Shown in pieces: positions 26,851-35,491 of a DNA stretch of 64,000 bases (the first letter of the stretch is position 1; each line of letters opens with the position of its first letter). The translations under genes were made by a program, and so were the position numbers. The notes beneath the pieces are model-generated. The model made no database searches. It was not told where the DNA came from and worked only from the letters and a program-made list of their open reading frames with translations. The stretch is taken from NCBI GenBank assembly GCA_964406575.1, contig CAYOSH010000003.1, forward strand, positions 64,447 to 128,446, read 5' to 3'. This DNA comes from an uncultured Eubacteriales bacterium. GTDB taxonomy: Bacteria > Acidobacteriota > Aminicenantia > Aminicenantales > Aminicenantaceae.

Positions 26851-28869
26851 TTAAAACCGCTGAGTTTCCAAATCCACAGCTTCTTTTCCTCTAAATCGGT
26901 CCTCATCACGCGTTCCAAAACTGAACTGATTGGCGACAGGAACGCCATACTTTTTCGAGTAGATCTCGCACTTTTTAAAGATATCCTCCAGTTCCTCGCG
27001 CGACAGAAGCTCATTCTTGTAATCGAAGAGATACCCCCCCCTTTCGTGCTCGATTTTGGGTTTATTCAAGACGAGCAAAGGACGCAGGATCAATGCATCG
27101 GCTTCGATCTTCTGGCACAAACGGAAATAGTCCTCCAGGTCATCCCTGTTCACCCTCATGGGCATAAAAACCATATGTATCTTGGGGAGATTCCCCTTAT
27201 TTTTCCTTTCTTGGTTCAAGAGAACGAGGTTGGGGATAATCGATTCCCACCGGTCATTCCTTATCTTGGCATAGGTCTCCTTTGTCGCAGCGTCCAGGGA
27301 TATATACAGATATATGGGTTTTCCTGCCAGAGCTTTGATCGTTCTTTGTGTGAATGCCTGGCCGTTTGTGGATATTTCCATGATTTTTTTGTGTCTCGTG
27401 CAATGCTCCAAGATCTGCTCGAACCTCGGATGTAAAAGCGGTTCACCGATGGAGCAGTTGATGAGGAGGCGAGCTGACCGGAAAAAAGGCCCGTACTCCT
27501 CGAAGGTCTTCTCGTCGACGACGGTTTCGATATGCCCTTCTTCTTCCTCCTTCATCCAATCCCAGAGACAGTACACACACGGTGGCTTCATGTTGCATTT
27601 GGCAAGAAGATCTATTCCCAGGTTGAGCGGATAGGAGTTCAACGCTGTTTTTCCCTGTTTCCGTTCCTCATAATTCAACATGGCATTTTTGTGGAAAAAG
27701 CGGAATTCCTCATGGATCTCGTCCTCATCATGGAACTGGATCGGCGAGACCTTGATGCCCAATTCTCTCGGATCCTCGTTGTGGTATTTTTCTGGGAACA
27801 CTCTGTTCAACGACAAAACAAGCTCATGCCCGCTGTGTTCCTTCGGAATAGTCGGGATGGAAGGAAGAGGGAAACTGTAGAAATTCCAGCTTTTGATGAG
27901 AGGATAAGCCCCAAGCTCCTTGCCATCCAGCTCTATTTGGAGGGCCTGTTTGTAATTGGCGTATTCGGAGAAGGCGTAGACAGAGATGAATTTGTGTGAT
28001 TGCAACTGGCACGTGGGCAAAAACACGCGGGCCCTTTGTTTCATCCATGCGTAAGGGAAGAATTCATCATGCTCCCATTCATGCCACCCAAAGTCGTAGA
28101 GCGAACCCTCCTGGTCGGGCAGAACAACCTTAATATTTTTGAGGAAGATACCCAATTTTCTCGAATCGCCACTGAGATCTGGCGGGAAAACACGGTTCAG
28201 CCGCAGTTCTATTTCGAAAGATGTCGAGGAAAAATCGAGAAGGAAATAGTACTTCGTTTCCCCGGGCAGGATCTCTCTCGAGCTGACGGATTTGCCCTCT
28301 GATAAAATCGTCAAGACAGGATTCTCGGCGCCTTCATAAGGGTGCCCTGCCTCGATGAGTAAGTATTTCTCTGTATCTTTGGGGAGGTCGGAAAAAAGAC
28401 ATTTCGCCTTTTTCTTCATCCAGCGGGACGCAATACGGTTTGGGTCTTCACTAGGAGTTTCGGGCAAATACCACCCATCCAGGAAGACTCCGACTTCCGA
28501 AGGGGTGAGAACCTCGACATCTCTCACCATTATTCCCATGTCTCTGGGATCGCCTTCAACCTGGAACGTGCGGTCCAGTTTGATATCGACGTTGAGATCG
28601 CCTGATTCGCTAAAGGCAAATATATATGGGCTGAATGCTGCTTCGACCTCCCGGCTCCCGATCTTCCGGTTGTTCACAAAAACGTCCATGACCGGGATCT
28701 TTTTGCCCGGGAAAGAATGGCCCGCCGTGATGCGAAGGAATTGCTTGCCTGGGTTTGGATAGTCTTTAAGAGATACCGCCGCCTCCTTCGACATCCACCT
28801 GAACGGGCCCTTGTCATCCCGTTCTTCTACATACCAACCGTCAAGGTACTCTTTGTGTGGGGCTTTCAT
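26851..28869 (-). CDS. Radical-SAM-like protein with three N-terminal ~120-aa repeats and a Cx5Cx2C cluster motif
   Basis: Residues 11-121, 131-249 and 260-379 each carry GW(Y/H)..E...(F)RWM.K.A ... D.R.(M/L)G(I). Then come CNMKPPCVYC (nt 27568-27597), IGEPLLHP, ISTNGQ and ISLDAATKETYAKIR, which are typical radical-SAM core motifs. Confidence 0.7.
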   Translation of the reverse strand: MKAPHKEYLDGWYVEERDDKGPFRWMSKEAAVSLKDYPNPGKQFLRITAGHSFPGKKIPVMDVFVNNRKIGSREVEAAFSPYIFAFSESGDLNVDIKLDRTFQVEGDPRDMGIMVRDVEVLTPSEVGVFLDGWYLPETPSEDPNRIASRWMKKKAKCLFSDLPKDTEKYLLIEAGHPYEGAENPVLTILSEGKSVSSREILPGETKYYFLLDFSSTSFEIELRLNRVFPPDLSGDSRKLGIFLKNIKVVLPDQEGSLYDFGWHEWEHDEFFPYAWMKQRARVFLPTCQLQSHKFISVYAFSEYANYKQALQIELDGKELGAYPLIKSWNFYSFPLPSIPTIPKEHSGHELVLSLNRVFPEKYHNEDPRELGIKVSPIQFHDEDEIHEEFRFFHKNAMLNYEERKQGKTALNSYPLNLGIDLLAKCNMKPPCVYCLWDWMKEEEEGHIETVVDEKTFEEYGPFFRSARLLINCSIGEPLLHPRFEQILEHCTRHKKIMEISTNGQAFTQRTIKALAGKPIYLYISLDAATKETYAKIRNDRWESIIPNLVLLNQERKNKGNLPKIHMVFMPMRVNRDDLEDYFRLCQKIEADALILRPLLVLNKPKIEHERGGYLFDYKNELLSREELEDIFKKCEIYSKKYGVPVANQFSFGTRDEDRFRGKEAVDLETQRF

Positions 28870-28931
28870 CGTTTAACCGGAGGCTTATTGTAATTCGCAC
28901 CTATTCCTTTGTCAATTTTCAGAATTGGCAC

Positions 28932-29099
28932 GGAAGAATCCTTATTTCCGTGATAAAGGCATTAGACGCAAAAAGGAGCGAGTCACTGTCCTTATGAGTC
29001 GGATGGTGGTGGGTGGGGGGTCTTCGACGAATATGGACTGAGACGAACTCCTGCTATTATCATTTGACTTGATAGCATCACGGAAATAAGGATGCTTCC
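28932..29099 (+). mobile_element. MITE-like repeat, family A copy 2 (168 bp)
   Basis: GGAAGAATCCTTATTTCCGTGAT ... ATCACGGAAATAAGGATGCTTCC. A perfect 9-bp duplication AATTGGCAC lies at 28923-28931 and 29100-29108. Confidence 0.88.
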
Positions 29100-29108
29100 A
29101 ATTGGCAC

Positions 29109-29355
29109 GTAATCATTTCCAAATCCGTGAACGTCTGAACAATATTGCGTTATGGAGTGTCTCAATTGTGTCTAGAAAGAAACCGGGTGCCGGGCTGGAC
29201 AGCCCTAGCACTTCTTCCTGAAAAAGATAAGCGGAAAATCCGGAAGCGAATCTAAGAAGACTAGGAAATCTCCCTTTGGTGTAGAGTCCATCCTCCGAAT
29301 GGAGCGGCCAGATTTTGAGTCCATTCCCCGAACGGACCGTTTGGGAAACGATCCC
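29109..29355 (-). mobile_element. MITE-like repeat, family B copy (B2, ~247 bp)
   Basis: The plus strand starts GTAATCATTTCCAAATCCGTGAACG and ends CCGTTTGGGAAACGATCCC, an imperfect inverted repeat. Internal ACACAATTGAGACACTCCATAACGCAA (minus strand) is identical to B1. The last base overlaps the lpd stop codon. Confidence 0.75.
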
Positions 29356-30758
29356 TACGAATTGAGCATATGGATGGCCTCGCCTTTGGCATTCATGGCC
29401 GACTCCATGACAGCTTCGGATAATGTTGGATGAATATGTATGGACGAGGCAACATCTCTGAGAGTGAGTTTCAGTTTCACGGCGAGCGTCAATTCTGCAA
29501 TGAATTCACTCGCATTAGGAGCAAGGATCTGTGCGCCGATGATCCTGTCCTTGTCATCCGCCACAACCTTAACGGAGCCCTCCAGCTTTCCCATCGTCAT
29601 CGCTCTGCCGGAAGCTTGTAAGGAAAACACTCCAACCTGCGTTTTTATTCCTCGGTCTTCCGCCTCTTCCTCGGTGATTCCGACACAAGAAAATTCCGGA
29701 TCCGTAAAGACAGCCATGGGAAGGGCGTTGTTATTTATCACATTATTCGCCCCCAGGGCATTCTCAACAGCAAAAATGCCTTCGTGCGAGGCTTTGTGGG
29801 CAAGGAGTTTTCCACCGATGAGATCCCCTATGGCATAAATCCCAGGAATGTCTGTCTCAAGATAATCATTCACCTTTACGAAGCCAGCCTTATCCTGGGT
29901 GAACACGCCTCCTCCCCCCTCGCATATCTCCGCATTGGGCGCTCGGCCCGTGGCGAAAAGCACCATTTCCCCCTCAAAAGTGAAGGGCTTATTGGTCTTC
30001 AAACAGACTCCTCTCAAGGTGACTTGCCCGGTGCGGACATCGCTCTTCTCTATCTTCATGTCTGTATAGATATCCATGCCTTGTTTTTTGAGGATTCGTT
30101 GCAGCCGCCTGGCCATTTGTGAATCTATACCCGGAAGAATGGTGGAAAGGATCTCCAGGACAACAATTTCTGTCCCCAACCTTTGAAAAATGGTGCCGAT
30201 CTCAAGACCAATAGCCCCTGCACCGATAATTAACATTTTTTTCGGGACCTTACCCAACCCGAGGGCCAGTTTGCTATCGATCACCTCCGTGCCGTTTCCT
30301 TGTAAAAATGGAAGCTCCTTCGGCCGACTTCCGGTGGCCAGGATGATCTTTTCCGCTTCGATAACACTCTCCCCTTCTTCTGTGTCGATGCGTATCTGTC
30401 TTTCATTCCGCAAAGAGGCTACTCCCCGGATGACGTGAACGCCGTTCTGTTTCAGTAAAAACTCTATTCCTTTCACCAACCTCTGGACAACAGCATCCTT
30501 TTCCTTTTGCATGTGCTGCCAGTTGCATGAGAGTTCGGTTCTGGGACCGTCAATGTTTGTGTTTTCTCTGACATCTTTAAATAGCTTGGTCTGTTGGAGA
30601 AGATACTTAGTGGGTATACATCCCCAATTCATGCACGTCCCGCCAATCTTCTCTTTCTCGATCAGGACGAGCTTCTTTTTGCACTGTGCGCCTCTGAGTG
30701 CCGCCACATATCCGCCCGGCCCACCCCCAACCACTGCAATGTCATACTTGTCTACCAT
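29355..30758 (-). CDS. lpdA: Dihydrolipoyl dehydrogenase
   Basis: GGGPGGY FAD motif, redox disulfide GGTCMNWGCIPTK, and a C-terminal HIHPTLSE interface motif. Confidence 0.9.
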   Translation of the reverse strand: MVDKYDIAVVGGGPGGYVAALRGAQCKKKLVLIEKEKIGGTCMNWGCIPTKYLLQQTKLFKDVRENTNIDGPRTELSCNWQHMQKEKDAVVQRLVKGIEFLLKQNGVHVIRGVASLRNERQIRIDTEEGESVIEAEKIILATGSRPKELPFLQGNGTEVIDSKLALGLGKVPKKMLIIGAGAIGLEIGTIFQRLGTEIVVLEILSTILPGIDSQMARRLQRILKKQGMDIYTDMKIEKSDVRTGQVTLRGVCLKTNKPFTFEGEMVLFATGRAPNAEICEGGGGVFTQDKAGFVKVNDYLETDIPGIYAIGDLIGGKLLAHKASHEGIFAVENALGANNVINNNALPMAVFTDPEFSCVGITEEEAEDRGIKTQVGVFSLQASGRAMTMGKLEGSVKVVADDKDRIIGAQILAPNASEFIAELTLAVKLKLTLRDVASSIHIHPTLSEAVMESAMNAKGEAIHMLNS

Positions 30759-30932
30759 ATTTTTTTACCTTATATTTTTTTCTGTATTATACATGTTCCT
30801 TATGTCCTTGGAAATATGCCATTACTCCCATTTTATTGTTGACAGCAAGTCGTGAAAAGTAAAAAATATGGGACGCACGAATAGAAGGAACATCCACTGA
30901 ATACCCTGCGATACCGAAAGCCATTTTCTCCT

Positions 30933-33707
30933 TTGACCCTTTCTATATTCCTGTTCGTTATTTTCTTCGGATATAAAGCACGGGCAGATGAATGGGGAGC
31001 CATCCGGGGAAAAATTCTATCGATTGGCTTCGATGTCATCGCCGATGCCACTGTCCGCATCTCAGGAATGGACCAGTCTTTTGAGAAAACGCTCATCAGC
31101 GATCCAGAAGGCGTTTTTAACATTGTTGGACTCCCTGCCGGCTTTTACACTGTCCGATTCGAAAAACTGGGTTACAAAACCTCCGAACTAGTGGATGTCT
31201 TTGTCCTCCCCTCTCAATCTCTGTACATCAAAGTCCATCTCACCAAAGAAGACAGAGAAGGTGTGTCCTCTGCAGAAGTCATACGCACCGATTTTAATCA
31301 ATGTTTGCAGCAAACCGTACTCGACATCTTCCACATCCATATTCTTCCTTCAGCACACAATCTCTGGTCGCTAGTGGAAAATCAGGATCTCTCTGCTACG
31401 ACCAACCACATCGATGTCGGAGGCTTGTGGAGCAATATCCCTGCTGTTTTGAGTGCTAGAGGGGGTGGTTCCTGGACACAGACAGCCTATTTGTTGAACG
31501 GCTTCGATGTGACGGATCCCTATTGGACAGGATTGCCTTTGTTTTTCCCCGATTATTACGCCTTGCGCTACACTCAACTCATCAATGCCGCTCTTCCAGC
31601 CTACGCTCTTTCGCCGGGCGGATACGTCAACCTCATTACCCAGGAAGAGCGCTCATTCACCCATGGAGGAGTTTCGGTATTCTATATCCAGCGATCCTTA
31701 CAGAGTTCAAACATCACTCCGAATTTGCAAGAAGAAGGAATTTCTGAAGCCAATACCTTTGACTATTTTCTTGACGGCAACGTTCACATAACCGGACCTT
31801 TGATAAAAGATAAACTCTCCTTCTTCGCTTCTGTGACGGCTAATGATCTTTCGCGGGATATGGCCGAATTTGATGAAATGGATAAATCGTCTCTATTGTC
31901 AGGACTTGCCAGCCTGCGTTATGATTTTTCCCAGAGTTTCCTGAAGCTGCTCTGGACAGGTCAGAGAATTTCCTATGACTCTTTTGGCGCAGACAGAGGA
32001 GTCCCCTTTTCAGTCACCACCGATCGCCGGGACACCTATGACACGTTCCAGGCGCTCTGGACCGGATGGATCCAGAAGAATCACGTCCTCAGAGCAGGTC
32101 TCAATTACACATCCGGACACATACGATCCGATTTCCAGGATGACATCACGGGGCCATACGGAGAAGAAAAATTCCGAAAAACACCAACTGGGGCCGCTCC
32201 CCTGGCTTACGATGACACAAGGAAATCTTTCGCCCTTCTTTTAAGAGGCGATTCCTTTCTGGGGGACTTATTCCTTGGTGACCACAGACTCCAATATGGC
32301 TTGCAACTGCAAAAATCCCAATCTTCCTCTTCAAAAACCATCTACGAAAACCTGCATCTTTTTTTCTACGACGGGAATCCTCTTGAAGTCGTCAAGTACA
32401 ACACCCCTGTTGACCATGAAGAATCCTCGCTACAAATTAATTTTTATGTCCAGGACAGTCTGACTTTTTCCAGCCTTCTCTCGTTATACTTCGGACTGAA
32501 CTTCGATTACAGCAAAGGGTGGGTTCCTGGAAACGGAGAGGATCCCTCTCGGCTGGACATTCCCATTGAGGATAATCGCATCCAGTGGTTCAACATTTCT
32601 CCCCGAATAGGCATCATCATACCTCTGTCAGCTTCGAAACGGTCCGCTTTGAAGCTGTCTCTTTCCCGATACTATTTCCGCTTGCCCCTAAACTATCTCA
32701 CTTATGGCAATCCAAGAGCTCTTGGAGGTCTTGCTTATGCTTGGAACGACAGGAATAGAGACAACCAGTTTCAAGAGAACGAAACAGGAAAACTCCTCAG
32801 GCGTGATGGGCCCCTCTATGCACGTATTGATGCTGACCTCAAAAGGCCTTACACTGATGAATACGCCATCGTCTTCACTTCCGCTTTCGGGTCCGATTGG
32901 CATATCTCCCTGGGGGGATTTTACCGCGGCACCAGAAACCTCATCAATACCTTGAATATCGGAGTCCCTTTTTCTGCATATGACCCAAGGTATGTTCTGG
33001 ACCTTGGCGACGATGATATCCGCTTTACCGAGGATGACCAGATATTCACTGTCTATGACCAGAGGAATGAGTCACTCGGGCAAGATTTTTTCCTCCTTAC
33101 AAACCATTCTGAAGACCCCAAGACAAGCCATTACTTTGGAGTAGACCTGAATCTGGTCAAGAGATTCAGTGCCAATTTCGCATTTTTCCTCTCGATGACT
33201 GCAACACAGGCAGAAGGGACCACCAACCCAGGAAACACGGAGTGGGAGAACGACGACGGCCTCCTCGGGACACTCTATGATAATCCCAATACACTGATCA
33301 ACGCTAAGGGGCGTCTCCGCTTCGACAGGGCCTACACCATCCGGTTGGGATTGAACTATATGGCTCCTTTTGGCATTAATCTCGGTTGTATCATCAAGTA
33401 CTATGACGGTCAGCCTTTTTCCAGAAAGATTATCGTCGAGAACTTGAACCAAGGTCCGTTTTATATCCAGGCCCACTCGCGCGGTGCTGTCCGCTACGAG
33501 TTCAACCTCACGGTGGACCTCCGTGTTGAGAAAGCCTTCCGTATTGGAACTTCCAAACTGAGATTCATGATCGACGGATTCAACATGCTCAACAGCGGGC
33601 TCGCTACGGCAGAAAATCCATGGACAGGCCCTGAGTTCAAGCTTCGTTATGCCACAGAGATCCAGTCTCCAAGGGTCTTTCGTTTAGGTTTGGCTTACGA
33701 ATTCTGA
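30933..33707 (+). CDS. Large outer-membrane beta-barrel protein with an N-terminal CarboxypepD_reg-like domain (TonB-dependent-receptor-like/Oar-like)
   Basis: TTG start and a short signal peptide. The Ig-like domain reads GKILS..VRISG..DPEGVFNIVGLPAGFYTVRFEKLGYKT. A long beta-rich body ends in LGLAYEF, with the terminal aromatic typical of OMPs. Confidence 0.7.
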   Translation: MTLSIFLFVIFFGYKARADEWGAIRGKILSIGFDVIADATVRISGMDQSFEKTLISDPEGVFNIVGLPAGFYTVRFEKLGYKTSELVDVFVLPSQSLYIKVHLTKEDREGVSSAEVIRTDFNQCLQQTVLDIFHIHILPSAHNLWSLVENQDLSATTNHIDVGGLWSNIPAVLSARGGGSWTQTAYLLNGFDVTDPYWTGLPLFFPDYYALRYTQLINAALPAYALSPGGYVNLITQEERSFTHGGVSVFYIQRSLQSSNITPNLQEEGISEANTFDYFLDGNVHITGPLIKDKLSFFASVTANDLSRDMAEFDEMDKSSLLSGLASLRYDFSQSFLKLLWTGQRISYDSFGADRGVPFSVTTDRRDTYDTFQALWTGWIQKNHVLRAGLNYTSGHIRSDFQDDITGPYGEEKFRKTPTGAAPLAYDDTRKSFALLLRGDSFLGDLFLGDHRLQYGLQLQKSQSSSSKTIYENLHLFFYDGNPLEVVKYNTPVDHEESSLQINFYVQDSLTFSSLLSLYFGLNFDYSKGWVPGNGEDPSRLDIPIEDNRIQWFNISPRIGIIIPLSASKRSALKLSLSRYYFRLPLNYLTYGNPRALGGLAYAWNDRNRDNQFQENETGKLLRRDGPLYARIDADLKRPYTDEYAIVFTSAFGSDWHISLGGFYRGTRNLINTLNIGVPFSAYDPRYVLDLGDDDIRFTEDDQIFTVYDQRNESLGQDFFLLTNHSEDPKTSHYFGVDLNLVKRFSANFAFFLSMTATQAEGTTNPGNTEWENDDGLLGTLYDNPNTLINAKGRLRFDRAYTIRLGLNYMAPFGINLGCIIKYYDGQPFSRKIIVENLNQGPFYIQAHSRGAVRYEFNLTVDLRVEKAFRIGTSKLRFMIDGFNMLNSGLATAENPWTGPEFKLRYATEIQSPRVFRLGLAYEF

Positions 33708-33897
33708 ATCCCAGAGATGCGTGAAAGACTATCATATAATAAAGCCGCTGAAGGAGTGGACTTGGGCTTTTCTTGACATCAAAGGCACATTATGTTACCA
33801 AATCTTGTTCTGTATCAATGACAAGCGTGGAGGCCACGCTCTTTCTAAAAGTCATGGTGTTGACAGAAAGAATCCCCAAAAGGGTCCTTTGGGAGGT

Positions 33898-34911
33898 ATG
33901 AAGAACACAAGAATCATACTCATGCTTCTTTTCCTTGGATTGGGTATTGGACTCCATTCCTTTCCGAAACCACAGCCGTACTCTGACCAAGAATGTCTGA
34001 CCTGTCACGCTAAAATTAACCTTGCCCAGGTGCTTGGAGACGGTTCCGTCCGATCTCTATTCGTGGATCCCGAGAAATGGTCACAGGATGTGCATCAAAA
34101 AGGGCACCTCTCCTGCGTGGACTGTCACACTGCAGCCAATCCCTATGTGCATTTTCGCGAAGGTTTTCTCGATGTCGACTGCGCCAAATGCCACCCCGAA
34201 CAAGCCGAAGAATACCTCAAGAATGTCCATTATGAATTTACGCCCATATCTCCAGATAAGGAGCTTCCTCTTTGTTATGACTGCCACACCAAACATCATA
34301 TCCTGCGTCACGACGATCCGTCCGCATCCATAAACAAAAAAAACATCGAAGCCACTTGCGGAGAATGCCATCCGGAAGTGATGGTCAAAAGTATTCTCAA
34401 AGGCGCTTCTTTAGGAAAAATCTCGGGTCATCGAAAGGGTGATATTTCAGAAAAATTCGACATGGCCACTTGTATCAAATGTCATAATCCAGCGCATGGA
34501 ACCAATACGGTTTACCAAGACTTCTGCACGCGCTGCCATAATCCGGAAAAAACAGCGGACATCGCACTAGGCCCCACTCACTTGAATTCGGCCAAGTGGA
34601 TGGGATTCAACACCGCAGGAGATAGCTTATCTCTCCTTCTTATTCTGGGGACTTTTGTCTTCCTAGGCTACAAATCTCGGAAAACCTTTGCAGGGAAATT
34701 GAGAGATTGGCACGACTCCATGAAAATCGAGAAGGAACCGAGGCAAGGCGACAAGGAAGAGGCGAATCGGGATAACATCCATGAAGGAGACGAGATCAAA
34801 GAGGAAAAAGAAGGAGACGCAGAAAGAGAAGAAAAAAAGGCGGAAGAAAAAGGAAGCGAACTCGATAGCGCTGCTAACACAGAGCACAAACAAGAAAACG
34901 ATGAGCACTAA
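33898..34911 (+). CDS. Heptahaem c-type cytochrome with a C-terminal TM anchor and an acidic/Lys-rich tail
   Basis: Start moved to MKNTRIILMLLFLGLGIG (GGGAGG RBS). Seven CxxCH motifs: CLTCH, CVDCH, CAKCH, CYDCH, CGECH, CIKCH, CTRCH. The TM helix is LSLLLILGTFVFLGY. Confidence 0.85.
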   Translation: MKNTRIILMLLFLGLGIGLHSFPKPQPYSDQECLTCHAKINLAQVLGDGSVRSLFVDPEKWSQDVHQKGHLSCVDCHTAANPYVHFREGFLDVDCAKCHPEQAEEYLKNVHYEFTPISPDKELPLCYDCHTKHHILRHDDPSASINKKNIEATCGECHPEVMVKSILKGASLGKISGHRKGDISEKFDMATCIKCHNPAHGTNTVYQDFCTRCHNPEKTADIALGPTHLNSAKWMGFNTAGDSLSLLLILGTFVFLGYKSRKTFAGKLRDWHDSMKIEKEPRQGDKEEANRDNIHEGDEIKEEKEGDAEREEKKAEEKGSELDSAANTEHKQENDEH

Positions 34912-35491
34912 ATTGAAGAAATATGGGATGCTTTTTGACCTCAGGAAGTGTATCGGCTGCAACACATGTGCCATCGTGTGCAAGAGTGAAAACGATGTCC
35001 CCCTCAGTGTTTGGCGATCTTGGGTCAAAAAGGTAGAAAAGGGGCTGTATCCCCATGTGGCAGAAGTTGCTCTACCTATCGTGTGTAACAACTGTGAGAA
35101 TCCGATCTGTGTCACAGTCTGTCCTGTCAATGCAGGGATCAAACGCGCTGACGGCATTGTGTATATCGATCCGCACCGGTGCATAGGCTGTCGCTATTGC
35201 ATGGCATCCTGCCCCTACGGAGTGAGGTATATCAATCCTCGGAAAAAGATCGCAGAGAAGTGTTATTGGTGCCATCACAGAGTCGATGCAGGCCTTCTGC
35301 CAGCATGCGTTTCTGCCTGTCCCACCGGCGCCATCCTGTTCGGCGATCTGAACGATCCCGAGAGTGAGATCACTCGGGCGATTGCCAAAAATGCCGTTCA
35401 GGTCATCAAACCCGAAATGGGAACGCAACCCCAGACATATTACATCGGCTTGGATATCGAAGCCGTAGAGGCGGTGAAGAAAGAGGAGTGA
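34901..35491 (+). CDS. 4Fe-4S ferredoxin-type subunit (PsrB/NrfC/DmsB family)
   Basis: Start moved to MSTKLKKYGMLFDLRKCIGCNTC. Cluster motifs CIGCNTCAIVC, CNNCENPICVTVCP, CIGCRYCMASCP and CYWC...CVSACP. Confidence 0.88.
   Translation: MSTKLKKYGMLFDLRKCIGCNTCAIVCKSENDVPLSVWRSWVKKVEKGLYPHVAEVALPIVCNNCENPICVTVCPVNAGIKRADGIVYIDPHRCIGCRYCMASCPYGVRYINPRKKIAEKCYWCHHRVDAGLLPACVSACPTGAILFGDLNDPESEITRAIAKNAVQVIKPEMGTQPQTYYIGLDIEAVEAVKKEE

Noticed and set aside
20939-28869. The idea that the radical-SAM/SPASM protein is an anaerobic sulfatase-maturating enzyme for the three adjacent sulfatases.
   Set aside because: The sulfatase-fold proteins have Thr...His instead of the C/S-x-P-x-R target motif. The radical-SAM protein has a different architecture (triple N-terminal repeat, Cx5Cx2C). 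The genes are convergent, not co-oriented.
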